This document shows positions 19,972-29,481 of a DNA stretch of 34,956 nt, piece after piece. A model generated the notes under the pieces. It searched no databases. It was not told the DNA's origin and saw only the letters and a program-made list of their open reading frames with translations. Every line of letters begins with the position of its first letter. The stretch's first letter is position 1. Origin of the DNA: Thermoleophilia bacterium (GTDB lineage: Bacteria > Actinomycetota > Thermoleophilia > Gaiellales > Gaiellaceae); contig JANOFZ010000118.1 in the NCBI GenBank assembly GCA_031413935.1, positions 1 to 34,956 on the forward strand, written 5' to 3'. A program made the position numbers and the translations under genes.

Positions 19972-20720
19972 GGCAGCTTCAGGCCGAAGGCCACGGTCGC
20001 GTTGCGATCGATCTGGGCTTCGAGCCCCGAAACCGGCTCACCGCGGATCTCCGCAAGAACGGCGAGCGTGAGAAGCACGTTGGCCGGCTCGTTTCTCTTG
20101 CCGCGAAGCGGCTGAGGTGCGAGATACGGGCTATCCGTCTCTGCGAGAATCCGATTGGCTGGCACGACCGCAACTGCTTCTCTGAGAGCGGTGGCCTTCG
20201 GATACGTCACATTTCCCGCGAATGACACGTAGTACCCGCGCTCGACCGCTGTCTCGAGCAGGCCAGGAGCAGAAAAGCAGTGAAGAATGACCGTGCCTGC
20301 GAACGAGGCCAGAGCGGCCGCGGTGTCGTCGTCGGCGTCGCGCGTATGGATCACCACGGGGAGCCCGGCGGCAGACGCAACCTCGAGCTGCCGGTCGAAG
20401 AGCGCGCGCTGCACGTCGCGCGGGGCGCGGTCGTGGAAGTAGTCGAGGCCGATCTCGCCGACCGCGACAGCGGCCGGGTGCTCGAGCAACTCGACGAGCT
20501 CGGCAATCCTGGCGGCGCCAGGCTCGCCGGCCTGGTGCGGGTCGATCCCGAGCGCGGCGACGACGCCTTCCTCGGCACTCGCGATTGCAATCGCCTTCCG
20601 GCTCGAAGCGATTCCCGTCCCGATCGTGACAATGCGCGAGACGCCGACGGCTCGTGCGCGCTCGACGAGAAACGCCGCTGGCTCATCGCACCCATCGAGG
20701 TGCGCGTGCGTGTCGATCAT
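19968..20720 (-). CDS. tatD: TatD family hydrolase
   Basis: MIDTHAHLD, GEIGLDY, IHTRDA, LHCFS, ETDSPYLAP. Confidence 0.96.
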   Translation of the reverse strand: MIDTHAHLDGCDEPAAFLVERARAVGVSRIVTIGTGIASSRKAIAIASAEEGVVAALGIDPHQAGEPGAARIAELVELLEHPAAVAVGEIGLDYFHDRAPRDVQRALFDRQLEVASAAGLPVVIHTRDADDDTAAALASFAGTVILHCFSAPGLLETAVERGYYVSFAGNVTYPKATALREAVAVVPANRILAETDSPYLAPQPLRGKRNEPANVLLTLAVLAEIRGEPVSGLEAQIDRNATVAFGLKLP

Positions 20721-20730
20721 GCGGCGCCGA

Positions 20731-22248
20731 CTACTCCACGGGCGCATCGAGCCGCGGGAAAAGGGGGGCCGCCGCCTCGATGCCGTACGTCTCAGCGGTG
20801 AGCCCGTACGCCACGTTCGCCCATTCGATGCCGGCTGGCTGCCGGAGCGCCGCGAGAATCGCGTCCGCGGTTGTAGGGACGTAGGCGGCCAGTGCGACGG
20901 CAACGGCCCGGAGACCATCGACGAGGTTGTAGAGGACGCGATCGAGATCATCAGCTCGAAGGGGGTCCTTGGCGAGCTGCCAGGGCGCGGTCGTCTCGAC
21001 TTCTCGGTTGAGGATGCGCACGACCTCCCAGATCCGCTCGAGCGCTCCGGTGACGTCGAACGCGTCGAGCCGAGCAGCGACGTCGCCTGCAAGCGGTGCG
21101 ACGGCGTTCGCGACAACTCCGTCCGGAGACGGCACCGCGTGAAGCGTCCCGCCCCGATATCGCGCCACCATGGCCGTCGTCCGCGAGAGAAGGTTACCCA
21201 GGTCGTTGCCGAGCTCACGCTCGTAGCGCTCGTGAATCCCCAGAATCGATGCAGCACCGTCCTGTCCGAACGAGACGGCCCTCGCGCACCAGAAGCGGAC
21301 CGGGTCGGCACCGTAGACGTCGATCAGGTCGAGCGGGTCGACGACGTTGCCGAGTGACTTGGAGATCTTCCGGTCGTCGAGCAGGAGATACCCGTGGACG
21401 AAGAGCTGCCGCGGCGGCGCGTACCCGGCACCCAGCAGGAGCGCCGGCCAGTAGACACAGTGAAATCGCAAGATGTCCTTCGCCAGCAAGTGCCTGACCT
21501 CGGGCCAGAACGTTGCGACGAGATCCTCGCCCGGGCGAGCATAGGTCAGCGCGCTGACATAGTTGACGAGCGCATCGGCCCACACGTAGGCGACCGAATC
21601 CGGGTCCCACGGGATCGGGATTCCCCATGTCTGACCTGCACGGCTGATGGAGAAATCCTGCAGGCCACCCTCGATGAAGCTCCTCGCCTCGTTGGCCCGG
21701 AAACCCGGAAGGACGAAATCAGCACGCTCGTAGAGGTCGAGGAGTTGCTGCTGGAACGACGAGAGCCGGAAGAACCAGTTTCGCTCCTCGATCCAGTCGG
21801 GCTCGAGGTCATGCTCGGGGCACTTCCCGTCGACAAGGTCTGCCTCCGTCTTGAACGCCTCACACCCCACGCAGTAGAGACCCGAGTAGACGTCCTGGTA
21901 GATGTGCCCGTTGTCGAATAGGCGTTGCAGGAATCCCTGGACGAAACGCTTGTGCTCCGGGTCGCTCGTCCGGATGAAGAAGTCGTTGGACGCATCAAGA
22001 CGTTCCGGCAGCTCACGCCACGCGACTGCGATCTGATCGGCGTACTCCTGCGGGGAGAGGCCCTGTTCCGCGGCGACCCGGGCCACCTTCGCGGCGTGCT
22101 CGTCGACGCCGGTCAGGAAGAACGTCTCGGCGCCACGCTGTCGCTGGTTTCGGGCCAGGATGTCCGCCGCAATCGTCGTGTAAGCGTGCCCGATGTGCGG
22201 GGTCGAGTTCACGTAGTAGATCGGCGTCGTGACGTAGAAGGGTTCCAT
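20731..22248 (-). CDS. metG: Methionine--tRNA ligase, short form without the C-terminal OB domain
   Basis: TTPIYYVN..PHIGH, YCVGCE...CPEH knuckle, KDILRFH, KISKS; ATG 22248 with TAGAAT 8 nt upstream. Confidence 0.98.
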   Translation of the reverse strand: MEPFYVTTPIYYVNSTPHIGHAYTTIAADILARNQRQRGAETFFLTGVDEHAAKVARVAAEQGLSPQEYADQIAVAWRELPERLDASNDFFIRTSDPEHKRFVQGFLQRLFDNGHIYQDVYSGLYCVGCEAFKTEADLVDGKCPEHDLEPDWIEERNWFFRLSSFQQQLLDLYERADFVLPGFRANEARSFIEGGLQDFSISRAGQTWGIPIPWDPDSVAYVWADALVNYVSALTYARPGEDLVATFWPEVRHLLAKDILRFHCVYWPALLLGAGYAPPRQLFVHGYLLLDDRKISKSLGNVVDPLDLIDVYGADPVRFWCARAVSFGQDGAASILGIHERYERELGNDLGNLLSRTTAMVARYRGGTLHAVPSPDGVVANAVAPLAGDVAARLDAFDVTGALERIWEVVRILNREVETTAPWQLAKDPLRADDLDRVLYNLVDGLRAVAVALAAYVPTTADAILAALRQPAGIEWANVAYGLTAETYGIEAAAPLFPRLDAPVE

Positions 22249-23413
22249 GACCACCGATTCTACGGGGGCGCACCAGAAGCGCCGCGCCGACGCCGACGCA
22301 CGCGAGGAGCACAACGGCGCCGAGAACCGCGGCGAGTCGCCGATCGACCCGATCGAGCGCTCCCGGCACCGGGCTCGGCGACGGCTCAGTCTCGGTACGG
22401 CCAGGCGCTGGCAGCCGTTCCCCCCGGAGGACAGGAGAAGGTCCGGGAGAGGCTGCAGGTGACGAAGTGGAACGCTCGGGAGAGTGCCTCTCGCCACGGA
22501 TCGCGTGGGGTCGTAACGCTGCAGCGGCAGGCAGGGTCGGAACACCCTCGGAACGACGACCAGCACGCGACCCGGCGACGGTGATCGAGGCTGCTCGCGG
22601 GCGTCGGAGAGGTGTCTCCCCACGGGACGCGAGCGGGTGGGAGGCACCGGCAAGCTGTCCCGGTCGAGCGATGCTCCTCGCTGCCCCCGGCGTGACGGCC
22701 GCGATGCCGGGAACGGACGAGATCACGGAGGCGGTGATCGGTGGTGCGACGGCACCGGCAGGAGGAGGCTCACCGGCGAGGGCCGAAGTCGCATCGGGCA
22801 CGGTGATCGGGGCCATGGTCGATGGCTGGCCCTGTGTGATCTCGGGACTCACGGCCGGAGCCGGTGGCGTTGGGGCAACCACAGCGGGAGCCGATGGCGC
22901 AGGGGCAACCACAACCGGAGCCGGTGACTCGGCCGCAGGTGTGGGGGGAGGAGCAACGGCGCGGGGCGGCAGGAGCGTTGCTGGATCGACATAGCCATCC
23001 GCCGCCGAGGAGACCCTGATGCCGAGGTGCACGTACGCCGCTTGCCATTCCGACCCACCGCTCAGTCCTGCGACGCCGATTGCGTCTCCCTCTGCGACCG
23101 TCGCGCCCTTGCTCGTCGTGATCGCTCCGAGGTGTGTCACAGACACGGCGTAGCCGGCAAACTGGATCGTGATGGTACGCCCCGAGCCGGGCACGGAGCC
23201 GGCAAAAGAGACGATCCCTGACGCCGGGGCACGAACCACCTCGCCATCACCTCCGGCGACATCGACGCCGCGATGCTGTCCTGCCGCATAGGGATCCGGC
23301 CCGAGCGAGTAGGGCCTGAGAACGTCTCCCGAGAGAGGCCAGGTCCAGCTCCAGCCGGACGGCACCGCAACGAGGGCGACAAGGACAGCGAGACCGATCG
23401 TGAGCCGACGCAC
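22013..23413 (-). CDS. M23 family peptidase with Pro/Ala-rich linker and C-terminal TM anchor; frame continues into metG
   Basis: AGGAGG RBS then GTG 23413; signal peptide, WTWPL, HRGVD, VTHL, YVHLG, YVDP; TM followed by RPRR. Confidence 0.85.
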   Translation of the reverse strand: MRRLTIGLAVLVALVAVPSGWSWTWPLSGDVLRPYSLGPDPYAAGQHRGVDVAGGDGEVVRAPASGIVSFAGSVPGSGRTITIQFAGYAVSVTHLGAITTSKGATVAEGDAIGVAGLSGGSEWQAAYVHLGIRVSSAADGYVDPATLLPPRAVAPPPTPAAESPAPVVVAPAPSAPAVVAPTPPAPAVSPEITQGQPSTMAPITVPDATSALAGEPPPAGAVAPPITASVISSVPGIAAVTPGAARSIARPGQLAGASHPLASRGETPLRRPRAASITVAGSRAGRRSEGVPTLPAAAALRPHAIRGERHSPERSTSSPAASPGPSPVLRGERLPAPGRTETEPSPSPVPGALDRVDRRLAAVLGAVVLLACVGVGAALLVRPRRIGGHGTLLRHDADLLRELDPAHRARLHDDCGGHPGPKPATAWRRDVLPDRRRRARREGGPGRRGTGPLPAGVRRSDRSRVA

Positions 23414-23475
23414 CGTTCCACCTCCTGTAGACACTGTTTCTCAACCATGTTCCCCAAATAGGCAACATTTGAAAT

Positions 23476-23504
23476 AGAATAGCGCGTCGAGATCTCGTTG
23501 TCAA
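23476..23504 (-). promoter_or_regulatory. Near-consensus sigmaA promoter of the M23 gene
   Basis: TTGACA (23499-23504), 17-nt spacer, TATTCT (23476-23481). Confidence 0.8.
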
Positions 23505-23510
23505 CTCTGC

Positions 23511-24317
23511 CTACAGAGAGGTCGAGTACAGCGTGTTCCGGGAGACTCCCGTGAGCCGGGCGACCACGCTGGCGGCGACGCCTCGGGGGGCCCCGGCCGC
23601 GACGAGCTCGACCACGGCGCCGATCGCAGCCTCGGCATCGGCGACACGTGTCGAGGGACCGATGACGAGCGTCACCTCTCCACGAGGCGCCTCGCTGTAT
23701 CGCTCCGCGATCGCCTCTGCCGGGCCGGTGACGACCTCCTCGAATGCCTTCGTCAACTCGCGACATACGGCGACGAGCCGCTCCGGCTCGACCGTTGCGA
23801 GGCTCGCGAGTGAAGCTGGGAGCCTCCTGGAGGACTCGAACGCCACGGTCGGATGAGGCCACGCGCCGAGCTCGAGCCAGAGTGCAGCGCGATCTCGCTC
23901 GCTGCGCGGGAGGTAGCCGACGAAGCGGTACTGCTCGCCCGCGAGGCCACTGGCGACGAGTGCGGTTTCGACGGCGGACGGCCCGGGGAGCACCGTCACT
24001 GCGACACCGGCTGCCAGCGCGGCCGCGACGATGCGAGCCCCCGGATCGTTGACCCCGGGAAGCCCTGCATCGGAAACGAGTGCCATCCGCTCACCCGCGA
24101 CGAGTCGCGGCACGAGCTCGGAAACGCGACTCGCCTCGTTATGCTCGTGGTACGAAAGGAGCCGAGCTCGGATCCCATGTCGCTCGAGAAGAACGCGCGT
24201 GTGACGCGTGTCCTCACAGAGAACCGTCTCAGCGGCAGCAAGCTCTTCCAGCACCCGCAATGTCACGTCTGCCAGATTCCCGATCGGAGTCGCGCACAAC
24301 GCGAGCACCCCGCTCAC
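23511..24317 (-). CDS. rsmI: 16S rRNA C1402 2'-O-methyltransferase
   Basis: ATPIGNLAD, CEDTR.T, VSDAG.PG.NDPG, RELTK.FEEV. Confidence 0.97.
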   Translation of the reverse strand: MSGVLALCATPIGNLADVTLRVLEELAAAETVLCEDTRHTRVLLERHGIRARLLSYHEHNEASRVSELVPRLVAGERMALVSDAGLPGVNDPGARIVAAALAAGVAVTVLPGPSAVETALVASGLAGEQYRFVGYLPRSERDRAALWLELGAWPHPTVAFESSRRLPASLASLATVEPERLVAVCRELTKAFEEVVTGPAEAIAERYSEAPRGEVTLVIGPSTRVADAEAAIGAVVELVAAGAPRGVAASVVARLTGVSRNTLYSTSL

Positions 24318-25219
24318 CTCACTCCGTCGAGTGCCTCGAACCCCACGAGCGCCGCACCGATCAGACCCGCCTCCTCGCCGAGCTCCGCCTGGACGATCCG
24401 AAGCGTCTCGTCCGCCGGCTGGATCGCCTCGCTCCGCGCGGCCCGGAGAGCCGGCTCGAGGATCAGATCGGCAGCGGCGGCACCGAAGCCCCCGCCGACG
24501 ATGACGACATCGGGGTCAAAGATGTTCGTGAGCGACCCGATCGCTACCCCGAGCAACCGCCCGATCTCACCGAGCGCAGCTCGTGCGCGCTCATCACCGC
24601 TTCTTGCCCGCTCGACGAGCAACGGGGCGTCCGCGTCCGGCCCGTACAGCTCGGCGGCTACTCGATCTGCCGCGAGCCCGGAGGCAACCGCTTCGAGATG
24701 GCCTCGCCCGTGGCAGTGCCCCTGACAGGGCATCCCTCCCTCGACCACGACGGTGTGCCCGAGTTCAGCCCAACCGCGGTAGAGCCGGTCGTCGAGGACG
24801 AGACCGCCGCCGACCCCCGTGCCGAGCGTGAGCATGATCAGATCGCTCGCACCCCGCCCCGCGCCGAGACGCCACTCGGCAAGGGCTGCAGCGTTCCCGT
24901 CGTTCTCGACCCCTGCCGGCAGGGCATATCGTTCGCGGGCGCGCTCCGGGAAATGAACGTCATGGACGGGAAGATTGATCGCCCGCAGGGCGACACCAGT
25001 GCGACGGTCGATGTTCAGAGGCACGCCGTACCCGATCGCGGCGGCGCCCTCGCCGAGAAGGTCGTCGACGACAGCGTCGACCGCGCGTAGTACATGCTCC
25101 GGCGTGCCGTCCGGCGTCGGGATCTCGATCGTGCGTCCGATCGTCCCGTCGCGCGCGACGAGACCCGCGAGAATCTTCGTTCCCCCGAGGTCGACGCCGA
25201 TAACACGCTCTTCACGCAT
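24314..25219 (-). CDS. ROK family sugar kinase (glucokinase-like)
   Basis: GVDLGGTK, ENDGNAAALAE, TLGTGVGGG, ELGH...CQGHCHGRGHLE Zn motif; no N-terminal HTH. Confidence 0.92.
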   Translation of the reverse strand: MREERVIGVDLGGTKILAGLVARDGTIGRTIEIPTPDGTPEHVLRAVDAVVDDLLGEGAAAIGYGVPLNIDRRTGVALRAINLPVHDVHFPERARERYALPAGVENDGNAAALAEWRLGAGRGASDLIMLTLGTGVGGGLVLDDRLYRGWAELGHTVVVEGGMPCQGHCHGRGHLEAVASGLAADRVAAELYGPDADAPLLVERARSGDERARAALGEIGRLLGVAIGSLTNIFDPDVVIVGGGFGAAAADLILEPALRAARSEAIQPADETLRIVQAELGEEAGLIGAALVGFEALDGVR

Positions 25220-25243
25220 CGCACGGCTACGATATCCGCCCGG

Positions 25244-26401
25244 ATGCCCGAACAAGAGAAGCCCTATCGGGTGTACAAGGGCGGTCGGGCAAAGGGCAAG
25301 GTCCCGTTGCAGCGTCCACCACGCGCCCGGGACAGCAAGAACGACCCGAACGAACCGCCGCGCAAGCCGCGGCAGAGACGCCTCGGGAGACGCCTCACGC
25401 TCGCGCTCGTCGTGCTGCTCGTCCTCGGCCTCGTCTGGCTCGGCGCCAGTTATCTCTCGTTCTCGCGGGGAATCTCGGAAGCTAACGACCGCGTTCCGGC
25501 CCCTGTCCTTGCCGAATTGACGCCACAGGACGGGCTCCTCACCTCGAAGCCCACGACGATCCTCGTCCTTGGCACGGACGGCGGCTCACAGTCAGGCCGC
25601 GGCGATGCCAACCGATCGGACTCCATGATGCTCATCCGCACGGATCCCCGCAAGCACCGACTCGCATTCCTCTCGATCCCGCGTGACCTGAGGGTCGAGA
25701 TTCCGGGCTACGGGGCCTCGAAGATCAACGCGGCGTTCCAGGTCGGCGGCCCGACGCTCGCCCTCCGCACGGTGAAGAACCTGACCGGGCTCGACGTGAA
25801 CCATGTCGCCTTCGTCGACTTCGATCGGTTCCGCGAGCTGATCGACTCCGTCGGGGGCATCGAAGTCGACGTGCCTCGGCCGATCCTCTCGAACCGATTT
25901 GATTGTCCGTACGCGACCTCTGCCCGATGTCGGGCCTGGGAAGGGTGGCGATTCGAGAAGGGCAAGCAGCAGATGAACGGCGCGAGGGCGCTGGTCTATT
26001 CGAGGATCCGCGAGAACCGCCTCGACCCATCGGAGACCGATCTCGACCGAGCTCGTCGCCAACAGCAGGTGATCCAGGCGACGGCGGTCAAGGTCACGTC
26101 CCTTGGCACGGCGGTGAAGCTCCCCTTCCGCGGCGGCTCGATTGTCAAGCCGCTCGCGACCGATCTCACGGCGGGCCAGGTGCTCCAGCTCGGGTGGGTC
26201 TACTTCCGGGCCAACACGAAGGGTGCCCTCCATTGCCGCCTCGGTGGCGAGCCCGGAAGCGCCGACGGGCAGTCGGTCATCTTTGGTTCGGAGGACAACG
26301 TTGCAACGATTTCGATGTTCACCGGCAAATCGGCCCCGCTGCAGCCTCCGAAAGGGCTTCCCTACGCTCCCGGCTGCGTCATCGGTGACCGCAGGCTATG
26401 A
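25244..26401 (+). CDS. LCP (LytR-CpsA-Psr) family cell-wall ligase
   Basis: TM helix, ILVLGTD, RSDSMML, SIPRD, KINAA, AL.YSRIR, D..RARRQQ. Confidence 0.94.
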   Translation: MPEQEKPYRVYKGGRAKGKVPLQRPPRARDSKNDPNEPPRKPRQRRLGRRLTLALVVLLVLGLVWLGASYLSFSRGISEANDRVPAPVLAELTPQDGLLTSKPTTILVLGTDGGSQSGRGDANRSDSMMLIRTDPRKHRLAFLSIPRDLRVEIPGYGASKINAAFQVGGPTLALRTVKNLTGLDVNHVAFVDFDRFRELIDSVGGIEVDVPRPILSNRFDCPYATSARCRAWEGWRFEKGKQQMNGARALVYSRIRENRLDPSETDLDRARRQQQVIQATAVKVTSLGTAVKLPFRGGSIVKPLATDLTAGQVLQLGWVYFRANTKGALHCRLGGEPGSADGQSVIFGSEDNVATISMFTGKSAPLQPPKGLPYAPGCVIGDRRL

Positions 26402-26408
26402 GCCGGCG

Positions 26409-26729
26409 TCAATCGCTCTTCGCAGGCTTCTTGTCGCTCGAGCCCGGGTCCTTCTTGGTGTCCTTCTTTTCGGAAGACTCGCTCTTGTCGCTCGAGCCAC
26501 CGCTCTCGCTGGTGCCGCCGTCGCCTTCTTTTCCCGTCGCCTTGCGCGACCCGCGGCCGTAGTCAGTCGAGTAGAAACCGGAGCCCTTGTAATGCACAGC
26601 GACGGGAAACAGGATCTTTTCGACCGGGCTCGCGCCGCACGTCTCACAGTTCTCGGCGGGATCGTCGCTCATCCTCTGGAACATCTCAAAGGTATGACCA
26701 TTCGGGCACCGGTACTCGTAGATCGGCAT
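26409..26729 (-). CDS. FmdB family zinc-ribbon protein
   Basis: MPIYEYRC..GH...C..CG...YKGSGFYSTDY and low-complexity Ser/Lys tail. Confidence 0.93.
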   Translation of the reverse strand: MPIYEYRCPNGHTFEMFQRMSDDPAENCETCGASPVEKILFPVAVHYKGSGFYSTDYGRGSRKATGKEGDGGTSESGGSSDKSESSEKKDTKKDPGSSDKKPAKSD

Positions 26730-26770
26730 CAGGCGGGGAATCTACCAGCGACACCACGGAGCGAACACGC

Positions 26771-28414
26771 GTGACGGAGCGCGCTGACAGCTCTCCTCGC
26801 TCCGGTTCTTCGATCGTCTCGGCGCGCGCGTTCGTGACTGCACACGCATTCTGGCTCACCGTGGGAGCAATCTCGCTTGCGGCCGGTGTGTTCCTCGTAC
26901 ACCAACTGATGGCCTGGCCGCCCCACGAGGACGAGACGCTCGCGCTGTTCGTTGGCCGTGACAGCCTCGCCGGCGTTGTCGAGTACGTGACGCGCGATCG
27001 CGGAGGCGCACCGCTTCACTTCCTGTTCGCCTGGGCGGTGGCGCATCTCGGGTTCGGACTCGGTGGGATGCGCCTCGTCTCGGCATCGTTCGCGGTGGCG
27101 AGCCTGCCGCTCGTGGCACTACTCGGGCGACGGCTCGCCGATCGCAGGAGCGCGCTCATCGCCACGGCCCTCGTCGCCGGCAGCTGGGTCTTTCTCTTCC
27201 ACGGCGTCTACGCGCGGATGTACAGCCTCTTCCTCTTCCTCTCGCTCGTGTCGTTCCTGCTCCTTCTCCACGCTCTCGATCGTCGGACGGGGGCGGCCTG
27301 GGCTGCGTGGGGAGCCGTTCTGCTCCTCGGAGTCGCCGCGCACCCGTACGGGGCGCTCGTCTTCGCGTCCCAGGCCGCGTTCGTGCTCCTCGCGAGGCGC
27401 GACCAGATTCGGCGAGCGGCCGTCGCCTTCGTTGCGGTCGGCCTTGCCGGCACTCCGTTCTGGATCACGGATCTCGTTCTCGCAAGCCGGTTCGACGTCG
27501 GTGTCGGAGGTCGCGGGGCGAAGCTCGGCGGCCCCTGGGCGGTCGTCACGTATCTCTGGCAGACGGCAGGGGATTTCAGTACGGGTCGTTGGCCCGTCCT
27601 CGCGATCGTCCTGGTCATCGGGCTCGTCGGGCTCGTCGTCGTGCGGAGCGAAACCCGTACCCTCGTTCTCTGCGTGATCGGGGTGCCGGTGGCCGCATTT
27701 CTTGCCGCGCGCCTCGGCGGCTCGACCTCGCCTGAATCGCGACATCTCATCTTCGTGCTCCCGTTCTTCGCCATCGTCGTGGGAGCCGGGATCCTCCGCA
27801 CGACCCGACGCGCTCCCGCGGCAGCGATCGCACTCACCGCCGTCCTGGTCGTTCTCGAGATCGGCTGGGCATGGAATCGCACGCCGCAGCTCTTCGAATG
27901 GGAGCCCAACAAGCGGCAGGCGACACGCGCGCAGGCGGAGGAGTTCCTCGCTGCGACGAGTCGACCAGATGATCTCCTGTTCGGGTACGAACCGCTCTTC
28001 CTCGGCGCGTGGGAGCGCAACGCCGACTTCTCTGACGTGGTCGTTCCGCGAGCGGATTCCGCACTTGCGCTCCGCGCAGTGCGGCGGGCGCCCCGGCCGC
28101 TCGGACGAGGCGTGTGGATCCTCGATGCGAGCGAACGGAACAACCTCGAGCCTCGTCTCGAGATCGAGAACCGTGAGCCCAGCCCCGCAGGCACCTTCGA
28201 GACGCGAGCCTTCGGGCCGTTCCTCGTGATCCGGACGCTCCGGCCCGTGGCCAACGACCGCGCCTACTTCCTAGCCGGAGTCCGTGCGATGCTGGTCGGC
28301 CAATCGCTCGGTATCGGCGACGCCGACGTCAACCTGCAAACGATCGAACGTGCCGACCGCGTGCTTCGAGGCTACGGGCCGTCGCTCCGGTTGCTCGGGG
28401 AAAACTCGCGATAG
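26771..28414 (+). CDS. GT-C fold membrane glycosyltransferase (GT39/PMT_2-like)
   Basis: Multiple TM helices, DE motif after TM1 (PHEDE), PLHFL, ARMYSL, RHLIF. Confidence 0.75.
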   Translation: MTERADSSPRSGSSIVSARAFVTAHAFWLTVGAISLAAGVFLVHQLMAWPPHEDETLALFVGRDSLAGVVEYVTRDRGGAPLHFLFAWAVAHLGFGLGGMRLVSASFAVASLPLVALLGRRLADRRSALIATALVAGSWVFLFHGVYARMYSLFLFLSLVSFLLLLHALDRRTGAAWAAWGAVLLLGVAAHPYGALVFASQAAFVLLARRDQIRRAAVAFVAVGLAGTPFWITDLVLASRFDVGVGGRGAKLGGPWAVVTYLWQTAGDFSTGRWPVLAIVLVIGLVGLVVVRSETRTLVLCVIGVPVAAFLAARLGGSTSPESRHLIFVLPFFAIVVGAGILRTTRRAPAAAIALTAVLVVLEIGWAWNRTPQLFEWEPNKRQATRAQAEEFLAATSRPDDLLFGYEPLFLGAWERNADFSDVVVPRADSALALRAVRRAPRPLGRGVWILDASERNNLEPRLEIENREPSPAGTFETRAFGPFLVIRTLRPVANDRAYFLAGVRAMLVGQSLGIGDADVNLQTIERADRVLRGYGPSLRLLGENSR

Positions 28415-28572
28415 CAGGGCGCACTCTCGAATGCGCCAAGGCCAGAAGGCGTGTCGCCCTGCGGACGCCGACGCCGCAGGCGACGCGCTGCGGCCGCAGC
28501 CGATGCACCGAGGAGGCCCCCGATCACGAGCGAGCGCATCCCCTTACCACGAGATCTTCTGACGTCGGCCAC
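28372..28572 (-). CDS. Small hypothetical protein (66 aa, or from ATG 28539)
   Basis: GGGGAGGGG RBS before GTG; hydrophobic Gly/Ala helix, poly-Arg, GLGAFESAPCY; 3' end overlaps the convergent GT gene by 43 nt. Confidence 0.55.
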   Translation of the reverse strand: MADVRRSRGKGMRSLVIGGLLGASAAAAARRLRRRRPQGDTPSGLGAFESAPCYREFSPSNRSDGP

Positions 28573-28641
28573 TATCGACCCCTCCCCTGGTTCGGCGCAA
28601 CACGACGCGGGGGTTGCTTCTCCATGCGAGGATCGTAGGCG

Positions 28642-29469
28642 ATGACGATCTGCTGCCTCGGAGACCTTGTGCTCGACGTGATCGTGCGTCTCGAGCAGCC
28701 ACTCGCCCGTGACGCCGATGCGACGTCTCGAATCGTGCTCCGCCCAGGAGGACAGGCGGCAAACGTCGCCGCGTGGATCGCCGAGCTCGGTGGCAGCTCA
28801 CGCTTCGTTGGCAAACGCGGTGCGGACGACGCGGGCCTCCTCGCGGCTTCGCGCCTCGTCGAGCTCGGCGTCGAGCTCATCGGGCCTGTCACGACCGACG
28901 GCAACGGTGTGATCGTCGCTCTCGTCGACCCCTCCGGCGAGCGAACGATGTGCTCCGACCGCGGCGTCGCCACCGATCTTCGGCCCGACGAGATCGACGC
29001 TGCCTGGTTCGACGGTTGCGCCCACCTGCACGTTTCCGGATATGCGCTGCTCCGTGAGCCAGTGGGGAGCGCAGCTCGTACGGCGGTCGAGCTGGCACGT
29101 CGAAGCGGGGCACGGATCAGCATCGACCTCTCCTCGTGGAGCGCCATCCGCGACTTCGGCGCCGAGGAGTTCCGCAGGCTGCTCGAGGAGCTCGCCCCCG
29201 ATGTGGTCTTCGCGAACGACGACGAGGACCGCATCGTCGGAGGGCCTGTCGAGGGGAGCCACTGGATCGTCAAGAAGGGATCGGCCGGAGCCTCATTCGA
29301 CGGCGAACCGCTCGTAGCCGTCCCGGTTGCCACGGTCGTCGATTCAACCGGCGCGGGCGACGCCTTCGCCGCCGGCTGGCTCGTCGGGGGCCCGGAGCTG
29401 GCTCTCGCTGCCGGCGCCCGTTGCGTCCAGCATACGGGCTCGATGCCCGCCCGTGCGACCGAGCGGTAG
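28642..29469 (+). CDS. PfkB family carbohydrate kinase, candidate pseudouridine kinase
   Basis: GGQAANVA, GERTM, VDSTGAGDAFAAG; directly upstream of psuG. Confidence 0.9.
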   Translation: MTICCLGDLVLDVIVRLEQPLARDADATSRIVLRPGGQAANVAAWIAELGGSSRFVGKRGADDAGLLAASRLVELGVELIGPVTTDGNGVIVALVDPSGERTMCSDRGVATDLRPDEIDAAWFDGCAHLHVSGYALLREPVGSAARTAVELARRSGARISIDLSSWSAIRDFGAEEFRRLLEELAPDVVFANDDEDRIVGGPVEGSHWIVKKGSAGASFDGEPLVAVPVATVVDSTGAGDAFAAGWLVGGPELALAAGARCVQHTGSMPARATER

Positions 29470-29481
29470 GCTCGAGCCGAG

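Noticed and set aside
22330-22430. LPAPG as a sortase signal in the M23 protein
   Set aside because: Not LPxTG, and it sits more than 20 residues before the hydrophobic helix.
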